DNA from: a virus
IMG/VR virus record: IMGVR_UViG_3300025645_000054
Coordinates: 12,799 to 76,798 of that record
DNA length: 64,000 nt
Strand: one strand, 5' to 3'
Below are positions 1 to 9,993 of the stretch, piece after piece. The notes under the pieces are model-generated. The model ran no database searches, had not been told where the DNA came from, and saw only the letters and a program-made list of their open reading frames with translations. Every line of letters begins with the position of its first letter. The stretch's first letter is position 1. A program made the position numbers and the translations under genes.

Positions 1-7
1 ATGATGC

Positions 8-373
8 TCAGCCAGCTGGCCGTGGAGATATATCGTCTTCCGCGTCAAAATTGTACACCATTCCGTCAAGTACACAGTACGCTCTTACTTCGTCACTATA
101 AATAACGAAATGTTTAAGACTTGGCCATGATTTAAAAAACCAAAAGTCAGGGATGGAAAGATTGGCCGACCCTCGGGGGTGTGTGTGCCAAGATGCCAGA
201 GCGCCGGCCAGAGCCTCCTCTGGAATCTGAAACATTTCTGTGGGGTCTTTTGCGAGGTTTTCTGTCTCCAGAATCTCCCCCTCGGGGGTGATGACCCCGC
301 AGCGCTCAGCTGCGTCCGTCCAGAGCTCTTTTAGCTGCGGCTTGAAACTCTGGGTTTTTGAAAAGCTCAACAT
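8..373 (-). CDS. JAB/MPN (Mov34) domain tail-tip protein (lambda K N-terminal-like)
   Basis: ERCG...WHTHP..SANLSIPD matches the JAMM motif E-x(n)-HxH-x7-S-x2-D; follows the NlpC/P60 gene; start at ATG 373 is a best guess. Confidence 0.8.
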   Translation of the reverse strand: MLSFSKTQSFKPQLKELWTDAAERCGVITPEGEILETENLAKDPTEMFQIPEEALAGALASWHTHPRGSANLSIPDFWFFKSWPSLKHFVIYSDEVRAYCVLDGMVYNFDAEDDISPRPAG

Positions 374-800
374 CGATGACCTCATGGATATGTACGGAAT
401 CGCCCTCGACCGGGCGGGCAATTTTAGGGTGTCTCAGAACCACGTTGGCCCTACGGCCCCACCTGGGGCGTAGGGGATCCAAGCAGCTCAGCTGCTGGGG
501 AAGGGCATGCAGGATCTGGTTTCCCTCGACCACAATGGCCGCATGGGTGTTGGTCCTTGTGCCATAAGGCATCAGCAGGATATCCCCGACGCGGAGATGG
601 TCATCAAAGACGTTCTGGAAATCCGTCTGCTTGTAGAGCGAGTACAGATCGAGATGGGGATCCTCCCAAAAGTCACTAGGGCGGGCCACGTTGGGGGTCC
701 AGATGCCGTAGACCTCGATGAGGTAGTTTCGGATCAGGAAGAAGCAGTCGTTCTTCCCCTCTTCATAGGCGATACCCAGCCATTTATTTAAGTCGGACAT
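306..800 (-). CDS. NlpC/P60 tail-tip peptidase (lambda K C-terminal-like)
   Basis: GIAYEEGKNDC (catalytic Cys), GDILL, HAAIV, ILHA; position in the tail-tip cluster. Confidence 0.85.
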   Translation of the reverse strand: MSDLNKWLGIAYEEGKNDCFFLIRNYLIEVYGIWTPNVARPSDFWEDPHLDLYSLYKQTDFQNVFDDHLRVGDILLMPYGTRTNTHAAIVVEGNQILHALPQQLSCLDPLRPRWGRRANVVLRHPKIARPVEGDSVHIHEVIDVELFKNPEFQAAAKRALDGRS

Positions 801-1266
801 GAGGGAACTCCGGTGGGGCATATTGGCGATACGGCAGCTTGAAGCGGGCCCCATCCAAAGCGCCCCGGGACTCCAAAACTATAATCTCTTTGGTGACGCT
901 GAGCACCCGGCTGACACGCATCTCGCGCTTCAGCGACCGGTCGTCCCCTGCCGTCAGATCACTCTTGAGGAGCTGGTACCGGATGAGGGTCGCCCCCTCT
1001 AATGACCGCTGGTCTACAGCGGACGTGAAGATCCCCTCGGGGTTCACCACTGAGAAGCGGGGACGGTTCTTTTTATCATTGGACTGTTTTCCCGCATCGC
1101 TTAGAGCGCAGGGGATCTCCTCAAAGGTTTTCCCCATCCAGACGATCTCCCCGACCGGGGACATTCGAACGATAGCCCCGTCTGTGTCCGTCAGCTCAAA
1201 GAGCAGAACAAAGGGCTCGTTCTCAAGATTGTGGGCCTGAGCGATGATCGTGGCGGGTGTGGTCAT
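784..1266 (-). CDS. minor tail protein (lambda L-like)
   Basis: LFEL...IVWMGKTFEEIP...RPRFSVVN pattern; synteny TMP-M-L-K. Confidence 0.6.
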   Translation of the reverse strand: MTTPATIIAQAHNLENEPFVLLFELTDTDGAIVRMSPVGEIVWMGKTFEEIPCALSDAGKQSNDKKNRPRFSVVNPEGIFTSAVDQRSLEGATLIRYQLLKSDLTAGDDRSLKREMRVSRVLSVTKEIIVLESRGALDGARFKLPYRQYAPPEFPHVRLK

Positions 1267-1646
1267 GGGATCTCCAGGAGCTCGACACGGACTTCCTCAA
1301 GCACCCCGGTACCCCCCATGACCCCCTCGGGGATCTCCAGAGGCCGGTTAAACTTGCAGACGAGTGTGCCATAAACGGGGTGATCGAAGTTGAAGCTGAA
1401 GGCCAGTTTGTGGTCATTATAGAAGTTTTCGAGGACCAGCATGTTGCGACCGGGTTCTGTGACAGCGGTCAGGTCTCCCCCCGCGTCACAGAAATACTGC
1501 AGCCCGGGGATGCTCAGCTGGAAGAGCCGTTGGTCCGGGGCCTGCGCGGCCGCGGTGTGGACATAGCTGCGCCCCAACTGCATGCGCAGACCACTCTCTG
1601 GGTAGCGAGTGGAGAACCGGAAGTAGGTGCAAGGAAAGTTCTCCAT
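1263..1646 (-). CDS. minor tail / distal tail protein (lambda M-like)
   Basis: 127 aa directly after the tape measure; LENFYNDH...F.F.HP.YG pattern. Confidence 0.6.
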   Translation of the reverse strand: MENFPCTYFRFSTRYPESGLRMQLGRSYVHTAAAQAPDQRLFQLSIPGLQYFCDAGGDLTAVTEPGRNMLVLENFYNDHKLAFSFNFDHPVYGTLVCKFNRPLEIPEGVMGGTGVLEEVRVELLEIP

Positions 1647-4600
1647 TACATGGATCCTCCACTGATGGCCCGGATTAGCTGGCCAGTTGATCCATTCTTG
1701 GCGATGTCATCAGAGATGATGGCGATCATGTCATTCGGGCCCGGAACTGGTGCGCGAGAGCGCTCGTCCACCAACCACAGGTTCTGGTTCTGGCCGGGGC
1801 CTTTTGGCTTGGCCGCGCCCACGATCCCACCAGCGGCCTTGCGTTTGGTGTTGCCCATGGAGTTCAACCGATCCAGTTCTTCCCGACCAATCATCCGGGC
1901 AGCGGAGGCGCGGAGGACATACTCACCGGGCATCAACAGGTGAGGCTGGCTGTCCCGGGCGAGGTTACCCTCCACAGGACCACCGCCGGCCTTTCGGACC
2001 ATGCCTCCTTCTCGGGACCCCTTGAGGCCGTCAAGCATGTCCGAGATAAATCCACCGGCCGCTGACCCCTTGCCGAAGATGCTCATCGTGGCTTCGAGGG
2101 CCTTGATGGCCAGCATACGGGCGAAGACCTGCATCAGGCTCTGGACGACAGATGCAGCGAAGTCGCGGAAAGCATCCTTGCCGCTCTTGGTTCCGCTCAC
2201 CAGATCGGTGAACAGGGTGCCAAAGCCTGTGAGGAGATTGTTCAGGACATCCTTGGTGCCCTCTTCCACGGTCTTGACGACCGAGAGAGACTCTTTGGAC
2301 CAGTCCTTGATGACCTTGCTCAGGTCGATCTGGGCCATACCCTGCTTCTCTTTGAGCCAGAGGATATTCTCCTCTTCCTGTTTGATGAAGCTGGTCAGCT
2401 TACCGTGCTGATCAAGGAGGGCGGTCAGGCGCTCTTCCTCGGCCACGGTGCGCGTGGTCTTGGCCGAGATCTGGTCGATCAGCCCCCGACGTTTTTCAAG
2501 CTCCGCATTCGCATCCTGCAGGGCCGACAGAATGGTCTCGAGACCCTGTCGTTCGTCCCCACCATTGTCGATGTCGATGGTCGCGGACCCGATGTCGTTC
2601 TTGATGCTGGCTAGCATCTTTTCGAACTCAGGGTCTCTCTTCTTGTGCTTCCGCCCTCCACGCCCGGGCTTCGCAGCTTTCTCAGCGGCGGCGGCGTCTT
2701 TTTCAGCCCGAGCGGCAGCACGGGCTCCGTAAACGACAAAGCCATCTACGAAGGTATCAAACCATGTGGCTGGGGCTCCTCCTCGACTCTCCTCCTGTTC
2801 CAGTTGGGTCAGAGCACCGGCGGCACCCACCTCGTCGCCAGCGAACTCTTCTCGGATCTCGGCGCGGGCTTTCTGGCCCTGAAAGGTGCGCATGAGGCTA
2901 CCGGCCCGGGCCAGTTTACCCGCCAGTCGGCTGGCTGCGCTGACGGCTCTTTCGATGGGCCCCGCCAAGTTAAGATCTGAAATTTTCTGACCTTCGCGGA
3001 ACGCCGCCAGCAGTTCCTCTTTCAAATCCGCAGAGGCCTCACTGCTGTCCACAATCAGTTTATAGGCATCATACTCGGCCTCATTTCGGGCTTTCACGAC
3101 CTGGAGATTATCTTCACCCAGGATCTTCGTCAGAAAGGCGACTTTGTTCTGGGCCTTCATGACCGCCAGTTTCTCCTCGGCCTCTTTGGTGTCCTCTTTA
3201 GCCCGGTTCTTAAATTTCAGATCCAGTAATTTTTGCATCTGAGCCAGTTGGTCCTCGACCAGAGCTCCCAGCCCCGCCGCTTCCATCGCGACGCGGACAT
3301 GCTCTTTCTCGATGTCCAGCTTAGCTTGGGCCAGCTCACGGCTGTCAGCCTCATACTTGAGCTTGACCTCCTCCAGCTCAATTTGCTTTTCGAGCTCAGC
3401 TGTTTCTGCCGCTACCGCGTCGATGACATCCGTCACCCGATCAGTGGTCTTGTCCTGAATATCCGCCCCTTGGGCATCATAATCAGCATTGACCCCCAGC
3501 GCTTGTGCTGCCTGCAGATCGGCATCCCCTCCTGCGGCAGCAATCGCCTTGAGTTCCAGATCCCGAACAACCTCCAGCTGGTCCAGCTGTGCGGTCAGGG
3601 CGTTGGCGATCGCGGTGAAACCTTTGGCCTCACTGAGTTCTTTCCCCAGTTCCTCGAGCTTTTTCTTCGCGGCCTTGACGTCCTCCCCCGCGATCTTCTC
3701 ATTGACCGTGTCGGCTTCCTCTTTGAAACCTCGGAAGATGTTGAGCGCGGTACTCTCAGCTTCGTTGATCATCTGGGTGATGAGATCAATGTTTTCTTGG
3801 GAGGTGATGATGCCAGCATCTATCAGCATCTGCAGCGTCTGACGCTGCTGGTCGCTGTCTCGGTCAAAATTCGCAAAGCGCTGGGACACCTCTTTAAACC
3901 GCGCGTTAGCGGTTGTGCCTGAGATGTTTCCCCCGATCCGGGCTGCAACATCCGTATCTAGTTCAGAAGCGTCATCTATCAAGGTGGCAACTGCAGGGTT
4001 GCTTCGTTCCACCGCGGCTTCCCGCACCCGGATTTGTTCCTGCTTCTGCTGGATGTATCTCTCCAGATCTTGCAGCTGAGTGAAGGTATCCGCCGAACCA
4101 TCTAGGATTGACTTTATGTACTCTGCCAGTACCCCCTGTACCCGATGGTTTATCCCAGTCTTGTCCCGGGCATTGGTTTCAAAATCCAAAAGGAGAGCGT
4201 TCAACTGTGACGTGGAGCTTCCCACCTGATTGGCAGAGGCCCCGGGAATAGCCAATGGTACAGCCAGTTTTTGGATATTCTTCAGCTGCGTAGACTGATA
4301 CTGGGACGCGGAATTGTCCCTGCGAAGATCATAGGGAACCTCCATAACCGTTTTCTTATTCGCCTTCAGCCCTTGAGATAGAGTGTCCTGAGTGCTCTTA
4401 ATCAGCGTGTCCAGATCCCGGATCGACGTGTCCATTTCCAAGACAAACTTCTGAGAAAGTTCCTTTCTCAGGTCACGCATGGTCTTGATCAAATCAACGA
4501 CTGTCGTCCCGACACTGTCGGCATCCTTGCCCATCTCGACGAACTGCCGCTGGACGTCTAGGATGGCCGACTCCAGGATAGCCCCGCCGCCCGAGAGGAG

Positions 4601-7075
4601 ATCAAAACGATTGAGAAGATCCTGAAGGGTAGCGTCCACCCGGATGATAGATTTACCGGTGGCTTCAGCCGCGCCCGTGGATCGGTCAAAAGCCGTCTGG
4701 GCCTTCTCTAGAGCCTTCGCTGTCCCATAGGAAACACCAGACAGGAGTTGGAAGCCCCCCGCAAGAAGTGAAACAGCACCGATGGCGATACCAATGGGTG
4801 TCATCCGCAGGCCTAGGTTCAGGGCCAGGACGCCCGCAGCCGCTCCGCGCGAGGCGACCCCAACCCCTGTCATTGCCGCGGCGGCAGCTGGAGCCACGAA
4901 CATCAGATTTTTCAGTGCCATGGCCATCCGGCCAAAGTATACAGCTGCGGCGACCACGGCCCCCGAGGCCAAAACGGTGACCACCGTTTGCAGGGCCCCC
5001 TCATACTTTCGGATCACCGCAAAACCATCGGCCAGAGCTTTTGTTACAGCCGTGACCAGTTTCAGAAGAGGGTCCAAGCCTGCGGCCGCGACCGATCCCA
5101 AGACCGAACCCAGGCGCTTTCCTTGGTTGCTCAGGGACCGCATCTGGGTCTCGTTGGCCCGAATGGCCGCAGAGGTCCGCTGGAACGCGTTCTGCAGAGA
5201 CAGCATCTGCTCGAGGTTGCCCGACAGAGCGTTGTAGGCCGAGGCCGCGCGTACTTCAAAGGCCTTGATGGCATCAGCGGAGCTGAAGCCCGCGTCTTTC
5301 AGGTTCTTCAGGGCCCCATAGAGACCTTTGGTCTCGAGGTTCACATCGTCCATGGTCAGGCCGAGACGGTCGAGGGTTTCACTAAATTCCTTCGACGGTT
5401 TCTGCAGCGCGATCAGGATCTGGCGCATGCCTGTACCGAGGGTGGAGCCGGATCGGATACCAGCGTTGGCCATCGCGCCGAGGGCCGATGTCAGCTCTTT
5501 GAAGCTGACCCCGGACTGGGCCGCGATGTTACCAGAATACTGGAGACCCAGTGTGAGCTTCTCGATGTTCAGCTTGGAAGTGTTCACCGCCTCTGTGAGG
5601 ACGTTGGCCACCTCGGCCATCTGTGAGGACTCCATGTTGAACACACCGATGGTCGACGTGGCGATGTCGACGGCCCGGTCCAGCTCGGTCCCGGTGGCCG
5701 TGGCCAGCAGGGACACTGCTCGGATGGAGTCTTGGATCTCGGTGGTAGAGAAACCGGCCTGTCCAAGGGTGACGGCCGCGTTGGCTACTTCAACCGCGGT
5801 GAACTTGGTCTCTTCCGAAATGCCAATCAGGCTGTCCTTGAGGACGCCCAAATCGGTGTCGGTGATCCGCACGATCGCCTGCAGGTTCCGCATCGCCGTA
5901 TCGAGGTTCACGGTAAACCCGATCGCCGCTTGGACCCCAGTCTGCAGCTGGTTCATGAGGGCGTAGTTCGCCATCAGGCCCGCTTGGATGACAAAGAGGC
6001 TGGCCCCGCTGTCCCCGAGGAGACCCCGGCGCTTGTTGTCCCGGCCGACAGCGATCTGCTCGGCTGTCATCCCTTTGGGACGGGCCTTCTCTGCCGCAAT
6101 CTCTTGCTTCCGCATGCGCAGCCGTTGTTCGATCAGGCTGTTCAGCTTCTGGGCCTGACGCACAGCCTCGATGTTGCCCCGGCCCTGCTCCAGCCCCAAT
6201 CGGGTCAGTGCCCGTTCCTGTACGGCCCGGAGAGCTCCGATGTCCTTGATCTGTCCGACAGAGCGGAGGCTCTTCTGGAGGTTCAGAGATTCAGCTTGGG
6301 CCCCTTGGATCCGCTCACGGTTGGCGTTGCGCCGTGCAGACAGTGACTGGTTCTGCAGGCGGGCGCTCTCTTTGTCGAACCGGACCTGCTCCGCCTTGGC
6401 CTCTGTCGCCCTCTGGATAGAGGCCAGTTGGCGATCTGCAGCTTGCTCCAACTTCTCTGATTGACGAACGGTCTGACGGCCGGTCGCGATACTCTTGGTC
6501 AGGGCATTCCGTTCAGTGAGCAGTTGGTTTTTTTGGTCTGCGTCAAGACCCCCTCCCCGGAGGGCAACCCGACGCACGTCCCTGCGGGCCATATCTGTTT
6601 CGAGCTGATTGCGGGCCTGAGCATTCTTCAATCGGGCCAGCTCTTTTGTGCCCAACACATCCTGTGCCTGGGTCATCTTCTGAACATCTTTGAGCGCCCG
6701 GACAGCATCCAGTTTGGACGCCTGCTGGATCTTAGCAATCCCTTCACGGGTGCGCTGCTCTTTGTTCAGTTCTTGAACCAGACGCTTCTGCTGGTCTGCC
6801 ACCTGTCCGGTGGCCGTGCCCAGTTTGGCAGTATCCGCCGCCCGCTGGCGCTCACGGTACCCCACCCCACTGTTGAAGCTCCCAAGACCCAAGGCATTTC
6901 CAGCCGCGGCTTTGGTGCTCTGGGCCATCTTTACCGTGGCGAGGTTCTGATAGCCCTTGACCAGCATGTTGATGCTGTTGGCTGCGGCTTCCAGATCCTT
7001 CTGGAGCTGTTTGATGTCCTTTTTGGTCCCAGCTGTGGTCCGGACGTCAACTAGATTTTTATTACCTGCCACCAA
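1646..7075 (-). CDS. tail tape measure protein
   Basis: 1809 aa, Ala/Gln-rich helical; TP901-type core (TKFTAVEVANAAVTLGQAGFS...ANAGIRSGSTLGTGMR); hydrophobic central segment; C-terminal GGxV..GEYV motif. Confidence 0.95.
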   Translation of the reverse strand: MVAGNKNLVDVRTTAGTKKDIKQLQKDLEAAANSINMLVKGYQNLATVKMAQSTKAAAGNALGLGSFNSGVGYRERQRAADTAKLGTATGQVADQQKRLVQELNKEQRTREGIAKIQQASKLDAVRALKDVQKMTQAQDVLGTKELARLKNAQARNQLETDMARRDVRRVALRGGGLDADQKNQLLTERNALTKSIATGRQTVRQSEKLEQAADRQLASIQRATEAKAEQVRFDKESARLQNQSLSARRNANRERIQGAQAESLNLQKSLRSVGQIKDIGALRAVQERALTRLGLEQGRGNIEAVRQAQKLNSLIEQRLRMRKQEIAAEKARPKGMTAEQIAVGRDNKRRGLLGDSGASLFVIQAGLMANYALMNQLQTGVQAAIGFTVNLDTAMRNLQAIVRITDTDLGVLKDSLIGISEETKFTAVEVANAAVTLGQAGFSTTEIQDSIRAVSLLATATGTELDRAVDIATSTIGVFNMESSQMAEVANVLTEAVNTSKLNIEKLTLGLQYSGNIAAQSGVSFKELTSALGAMANAGIRSGSTLGTGMRQILIALQKPSKEFSETLDRLGLTMDDVNLETKGLYGALKNLKDAGFSSADAIKAFEVRAASAYNALSGNLEQMLSLQNAFQRTSAAIRANETQMRSLSNQGKRLGSVLGSVAAAGLDPLLKLVTAVTKALADGFAVIRKYEGALQTVVTVLASGAVVAAAVYFGRMAMALKNLMFVAPAAAAAMTGVGVASRGAAAGVLALNLGLRMTPIGIAIGAVSLLAGGFQLLSGVSYGTAKALEKAQTAFDRSTGAAEATGKSIIRVDATLQDLLNRFDLLSGGGAILESAILDVQRQFVEMGKDADSVGTTVVDLIKTMRDLRKELSQKFVLEMDTSIRDLDTLIKSTQDTLSQGLKANKKTVMEVPYDLRRDNSASQYQSTQLKNIQKLAVPLAIPGASANQVGSSTSQLNALLLDFETNARDKTGINHRVQGVLAEYIKSILDGSADTFTQLQDLERYIQQKQEQIRVREAAVERSNPAVATLIDDASELDTDVAARIGGNISGTTANARFKEVSQRFANFDRDSDQQRQTLQMLIDAGIITSQENIDLITQMINEAESTALNIFRGFKEEADTVNEKIAGEDVKAAKKKLEELGKELSEAKGFTAIANALTAQLDQLEVVRDLELKAIAAAGGDADLQAAQALGVNADYDAQGADIQDKTTDRVTDVIDAVAAETAELEKQIELEEVKLKYEADSRELAQAKLDIEKEHVRVAMEAAGLGALVEDQLAQMQKLLDLKFKNRAKEDTKEAEEKLAVMKAQNKVAFLTKILGEDNLQVVKARNEAEYDAYKLIVDSSEASADLKEELLAAFREGQKISDLNLAGPIERAVSAASRLAGKLARAGSLMRTFQGQKARAEIREEFAGDEVGAAGALTQLEQEESRGGAPATWFDTFVDGFVVYGARAAARAEKDAAAAEKAAKPGRGGRKHKKRDPEFEKMLASIKNDIGSATIDIDNGGDERQGLETILSALQDANAELEKRRGLIDQISAKTTRTVAEEERLTALLDQHGKLTSFIKQEEENILWLKEKQGMAQIDLSKVIKDWSKESLSVVKTVEEGTKDVLNNLLTGFGTLFTDLVSGTKSGKDAFRDFAASVVQSLMQVFARMLAIKALEATMSIFGKGSAAGGFISDMLDGLKGSREGGMVRKAGGGPVEGNLARDSQPHLLMPGEYVLRASAARMIGREELDRLNSMGNTKRKAAGGIVGAAKPKGPGQNQNLWLVDERSRAPVPGPNDMIAIISDDIAKNGSTGQLIRAISGGSM

Positions 7076-7451
7076 AGATCTCCGTCATACCGGCCATGAT
7101 CTCTTTCGTGGTGCTGGCTGTCTTCCGGTTCTCGGTTGATACAGACTGTGTACCGCCCGAGGATTTCTTTGATCCGAAGATATGGCCGGCAACCTCGAGA
7201 AGAGATTCGTAGTACTGAACAGCGCGTGACTGCTCCTGACCCAAGTAAAGTTTCAAGGACATCTTAATATCTGCCAGTGTATATAGCCAGAACACTTCAG
7301 ACAGATTTGAAGGGACCCGCTGGAACACCAGACAGGCCACTTCTTCAAAGGTGAGAGCTTGCCACCAATCTAGGTAGGCTGAAGGGCCGTCAGACGCGGT
7401 TCGACCCTCGACCCCGACGCTTTCGCTTTCTCCGCTGACTTGACGAAAAAA
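7062..7451 (-). CDS. tail assembly chaperone GT-like extension (probably reached by -1 frameshift)
   Basis: Open in the -1 frame relative to the upstream chaperone, no good start codon, slippery T-TTT-TTC at 7445-7451, directly upstream of the TMP. Confidence 0.65.
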   Translation of the reverse strand, partial: FFRQVSGESESVGVEGRTASDGPSAYLDWWQALTFEEVACLVFQRVPSNLSEVFWLYTLADIKMSLKLYLGQEQSRAVQYYESLLEVAGHIFGSKKSSGGTQSVSTENRKTASTTKEIMAGMTEIFGGR

Positions 7452-7726
7452 TCCAGAGCGTGGTCCCCCGCCCAAGCCAGTAAGGCGTTGATGTCGTCCG
7501 GGGAGGCTTCGCTGGAGAAGGCGTTGAACTGGGTGGTGATTTTACCCGTTTGATCCCGCTCTGACAGCAGAGCGATGAGGGCCTCTTCACGCAGCGAGTG
7601 ATCTACACCCAGGAAGAAAACGCCTTCCATGTCGCCGCAGATTTTGCAGATCAGGTCCAGAAGGCCATAGAACATGGTCACCTTCTTGGGCTCTCCGTTT
7701 ACAGTCAATTCAAACGTATGTTCCAT
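7370..7726 (-). CDS. tail assembly chaperone (G-like)
   Basis: Between major tail and TMP; GAGG SD before ATG 7726. Confidence 0.75.
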   Translation of the reverse strand: MEHTFELTVNGEPKKVTMFYGLLDLICKICGDMEGVFFLGVDHSLREEALIALLSERDQTGKITTQFNAFSSEASPDDINALLAWAGDHALDFFVKSAEKAKASGSRVEPRLTALQPT

Positions 7727-7747
7727 GATTACTTGGTTCCTCAAAGT

Positions 7748-7782
7748 AAAAGTCCCCCCATCTCTACCGAGGTGGGGGGACT
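7748..7782 (-). terminator. intrinsic terminator after the major tail gene
   Basis: Stem AGTCCCCCCATCTC/GAGGTGGGGGGACT with 4-nt loop; A-run on + gives a U-tail on -. Confidence 0.75.
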
Positions 7783-7808
7783 CCATTCAAGGTTTATTTT
7801 GAACGATT

Positions 7809-8573
7809 TTAGACCATTGCCATGCCGGTCAGACCGTTGAAGGTGCTGTACAGCGGATCCGAAGTCACCAGATCATACATGGTCAGTTCGTAAGGCATGT
7901 TCTGGAAGTCATCCGTTGAGAATTGGATGTTGAAACCAGCCGTGATGCGGACCTTCGGGAAGATCAGGGTCATCGGATCTTCATCCGCCGTCAGACCAAC
8001 GATCTTACAGCCGAGGAACGGCATGACTGACTTGTCACCCAGACCAACCACTGATGCAGCCTTGACCGTCTCACCAGCAGCGATGACATCGGGCAGAGCG
8101 CTGTCAACGGTGATGACGTCCGTCGCGATGGAGACAATCTTGCGGACGTAGTTTTTGTCCTTGGCACCGCTTTGGATGATGACGTAATCGCCGGCAGTGA
8201 AGTTTGCGCCGTCGCCTGTTTCCACGTCAATTGTGGTATCCAATGCGACCACTGGTGTCGCCAGTGTCGAGGTCCCCGTTGGGATCACGTGCGCGGAACC
8301 ATCCAAGCCCTGAGCGTACAGCATGTTCGCAGCTGTATATTCATAGACTTCCATCGCCGCGCGGACCGAGTTGCCTGTCATAACGGAATAGACGTTGGTG
8401 TTCTTCACACCCTGGGTCAGGTCAGTGAAACTTGGCTCCGTGGTCACGGAGACGTTCTTTGTCAGACCGACGCCATGCTCTGCGGGGGTCAGGTCGAATA
8501 CATCAGCTGTAGGACCAAACATCACGGTCGCGGTCCCTAGCATAAAGTCTGTGGTCTTTGCTTCACCAGCCAT
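7809..8573 (-). CDS. major tail (tube) protein
   Basis: Thr/Val/Gly-rich beta protein, strong AGGAG SD, followed by a terminator and chaperones. Confidence 0.85.
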   Translation of the reverse strand: MAGEAKTTDFMLGTATVMFGPTADVFDLTPAEHGVGLTKNVSVTTEPSFTDLTQGVKNTNVYSVMTGNSVRAAMEVYEYTAANMLYAQGLDGSAHVIPTGTSTLATPVVALDTTIDVETGDGANFTAGDYVIIQSGAKDKNYVRKIVSIATDVITVDSALPDVIAAGETVKAASVVGLGDKSVMPFLGCKIVGLTADEDPMTLIFPKVRITAGFNIQFSTDDFQNMPYELTMYDLVTSDPLYSTFNGLTGMAMV

Positions 8574-8712
8574 TGGTGTTTCTCCTAAGTTTTGGTTCAA
8601 TATTCTGTGTTTGAACTATACTGGACGCACCACAATGGATCTAAGGTTTTATTTGGTTAAATTAAGTCAAGGGGGTATGACTACTTCAGGACCACTATTT
8701 TAGGAGGCTATC

Positions 8713-8913
8713 ATGGCCAAGCAGACAAACTTCAAGGCGCTCTCCCTGCGCATGCGCCCGGACCTGTACCAGCAGATCCAAGCCCGGGCCGAGGTGAACT
8801 CCCGTTCATGGAACGCTGAGGCCACCGTCCTGATCGAACGGGGCATCGACGCCTCGGTTCAAAGCGACTTGGTTCTTAGCTCCGCAAAAGCGCCAAGTCT
8901 GAAATCAGGTTGA
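8713..8913 (+). CDS. Arc-family ribbon-helix-helix DNA-binding protein
   Basis: LSLRMRPDLYQQIQARAEVNSRSWNAE closely matches the Arc/Mnt pattern (xLRxPxxL...A..N.RS.NxE); AGGAGG SD. Confidence 0.85.
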   Translation: MAKQTNFKALSLRMRPDLYQQIQARAEVNSRSWNAEATVLIERGIDASVQSDLVLSSAKAPSLKSG

Positions 8914-9310
8914 CGAACACCGGTTTTGCGGGCTGGGTTTCAGTGTTCAAGACACTCCCGGCCCGGATCCCCATGTGGGTGATCAGGAACCCTTTCGGGG
9001 TTCCAAGGACGGCGTCCCGCACCAGTATGCGGCTCCCCAATTCCAGCTCATTGATCAGATTGTTGACGATCTCATCCATGCGGTGAAGGTTGGTGTCCGA
9101 TCGTGTGGAGACCACGAAAGCCAGTGTCACTTTGATCTCCCCCTCCCGGAAATCTATCATCACGTCGCTGGGGCCAATGAAGTCCCCCTCTGGCCATGAC
9201 TCTGGGTCCGCGTGGGCGTCGAGGTTCAACGCGGTGAGGCCATGTTGTGAAGCGAAGTCACTGGCAAAGCGGAGGATCGCTGCGGAGATGTCGCGGTATG
9301 GATTTTTCAT
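8876..9310 (-). CDS. putative tail terminator/completion protein
   Basis: 144 aa just upstream of the major tail gene; synteny only. Confidence 0.55.
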   Translation of the reverse strand: MKNPYRDISAAILRFASDFASQHGLTALNLDAHADPESWPEGDFIGPSDVMIDFREGEIKVTLAFVVSTRSDTNLHRMDEIVNNLINELELGSRILVRDAVLGTPKGFLITHMGIRAGSVLNTETQPAKPVFVNLISDLALLRS

Positions 9311-9993
9311 GTGGCTGCTTTCTTGAACTCATTGAGCATGACGACCTCAGAATAGTACTGGGCGAAGGGGACGAGGAACGGCCGGCGGGTCTTCGGCCCA
9401 GACCCAAACCCCTCGTTGTGGCTCAGGATATGCCTGACCCGACCATCGAACGGATCCAGGAGGTCATGCTGGTTCTTGACCTTGCTGAAGAGATCCAGCC
9501 CGAGGGTGGCGTTGAACACCTGATCGATCGACGCGAACTTGCCGTCCAGTTGGAGGATGTTTCCGGTGAGATTAATTCGAGCAAGACCTTTCTTCGATCC
9601 GGCAATATCCCCCCGCACAGATCCGATCTTGATCTTCGGACGTCCATACGCGGTGACGGGATCTGTGCCCGCGATCTCGTCCCGGAAGGAATCCCCCGAG
9701 GAGGTGATGCCCTGATAGAAGTTGTTGTTGGTATTGTTGCGGGTCTTGGACTTCTGATAACGCCACTTTTCGGTGTTGGGAGCCCACCGAACCCCTTGTG
9801 CCACCAGCACTCCCGGGGTGGATTGGCCCCCGGTGAGCATGGCCATGGCTTCAAAGAACAGCGCAAAACGGTCTTCCAGCTTCTCCTCGATCGATTTCTT
9901 TTCACGCAGAACCGTCTTGAAGAATTTGGAAGAGAACTCATCGTAGAGAACCCGGCCGATTTCTAGCGTGATCTCATCCGCCTGTTTGGTCAT
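9307..9993 (-). CDS. putative neck/tail completion protein
   Basis: Basic protein with C-terminal RRPFL motif typical of HK97 gp10/Mu gpG-like proteins; synteny. Confidence 0.55.
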   Translation of the reverse strand: MTKQADEITLEIGRVLYDEFSSKFFKTVLREKKSIEEKLEDRFALFFEAMAMLTGGQSTPGVLVAQGVRWAPNTEKWRYQKSKTRNNTNNNFYQGITSSGDSFRDEIAGTDPVTAYGRPKIKIGSVRGDIAGSKKGLARINLTGNILQLDGKFASIDQVFNATLGLDLFSKVKNQHDLLDPFDGRVRHILSHNEGFGSGPKTRRPFLVPFAQYYSEVVMLNEFKKAAT

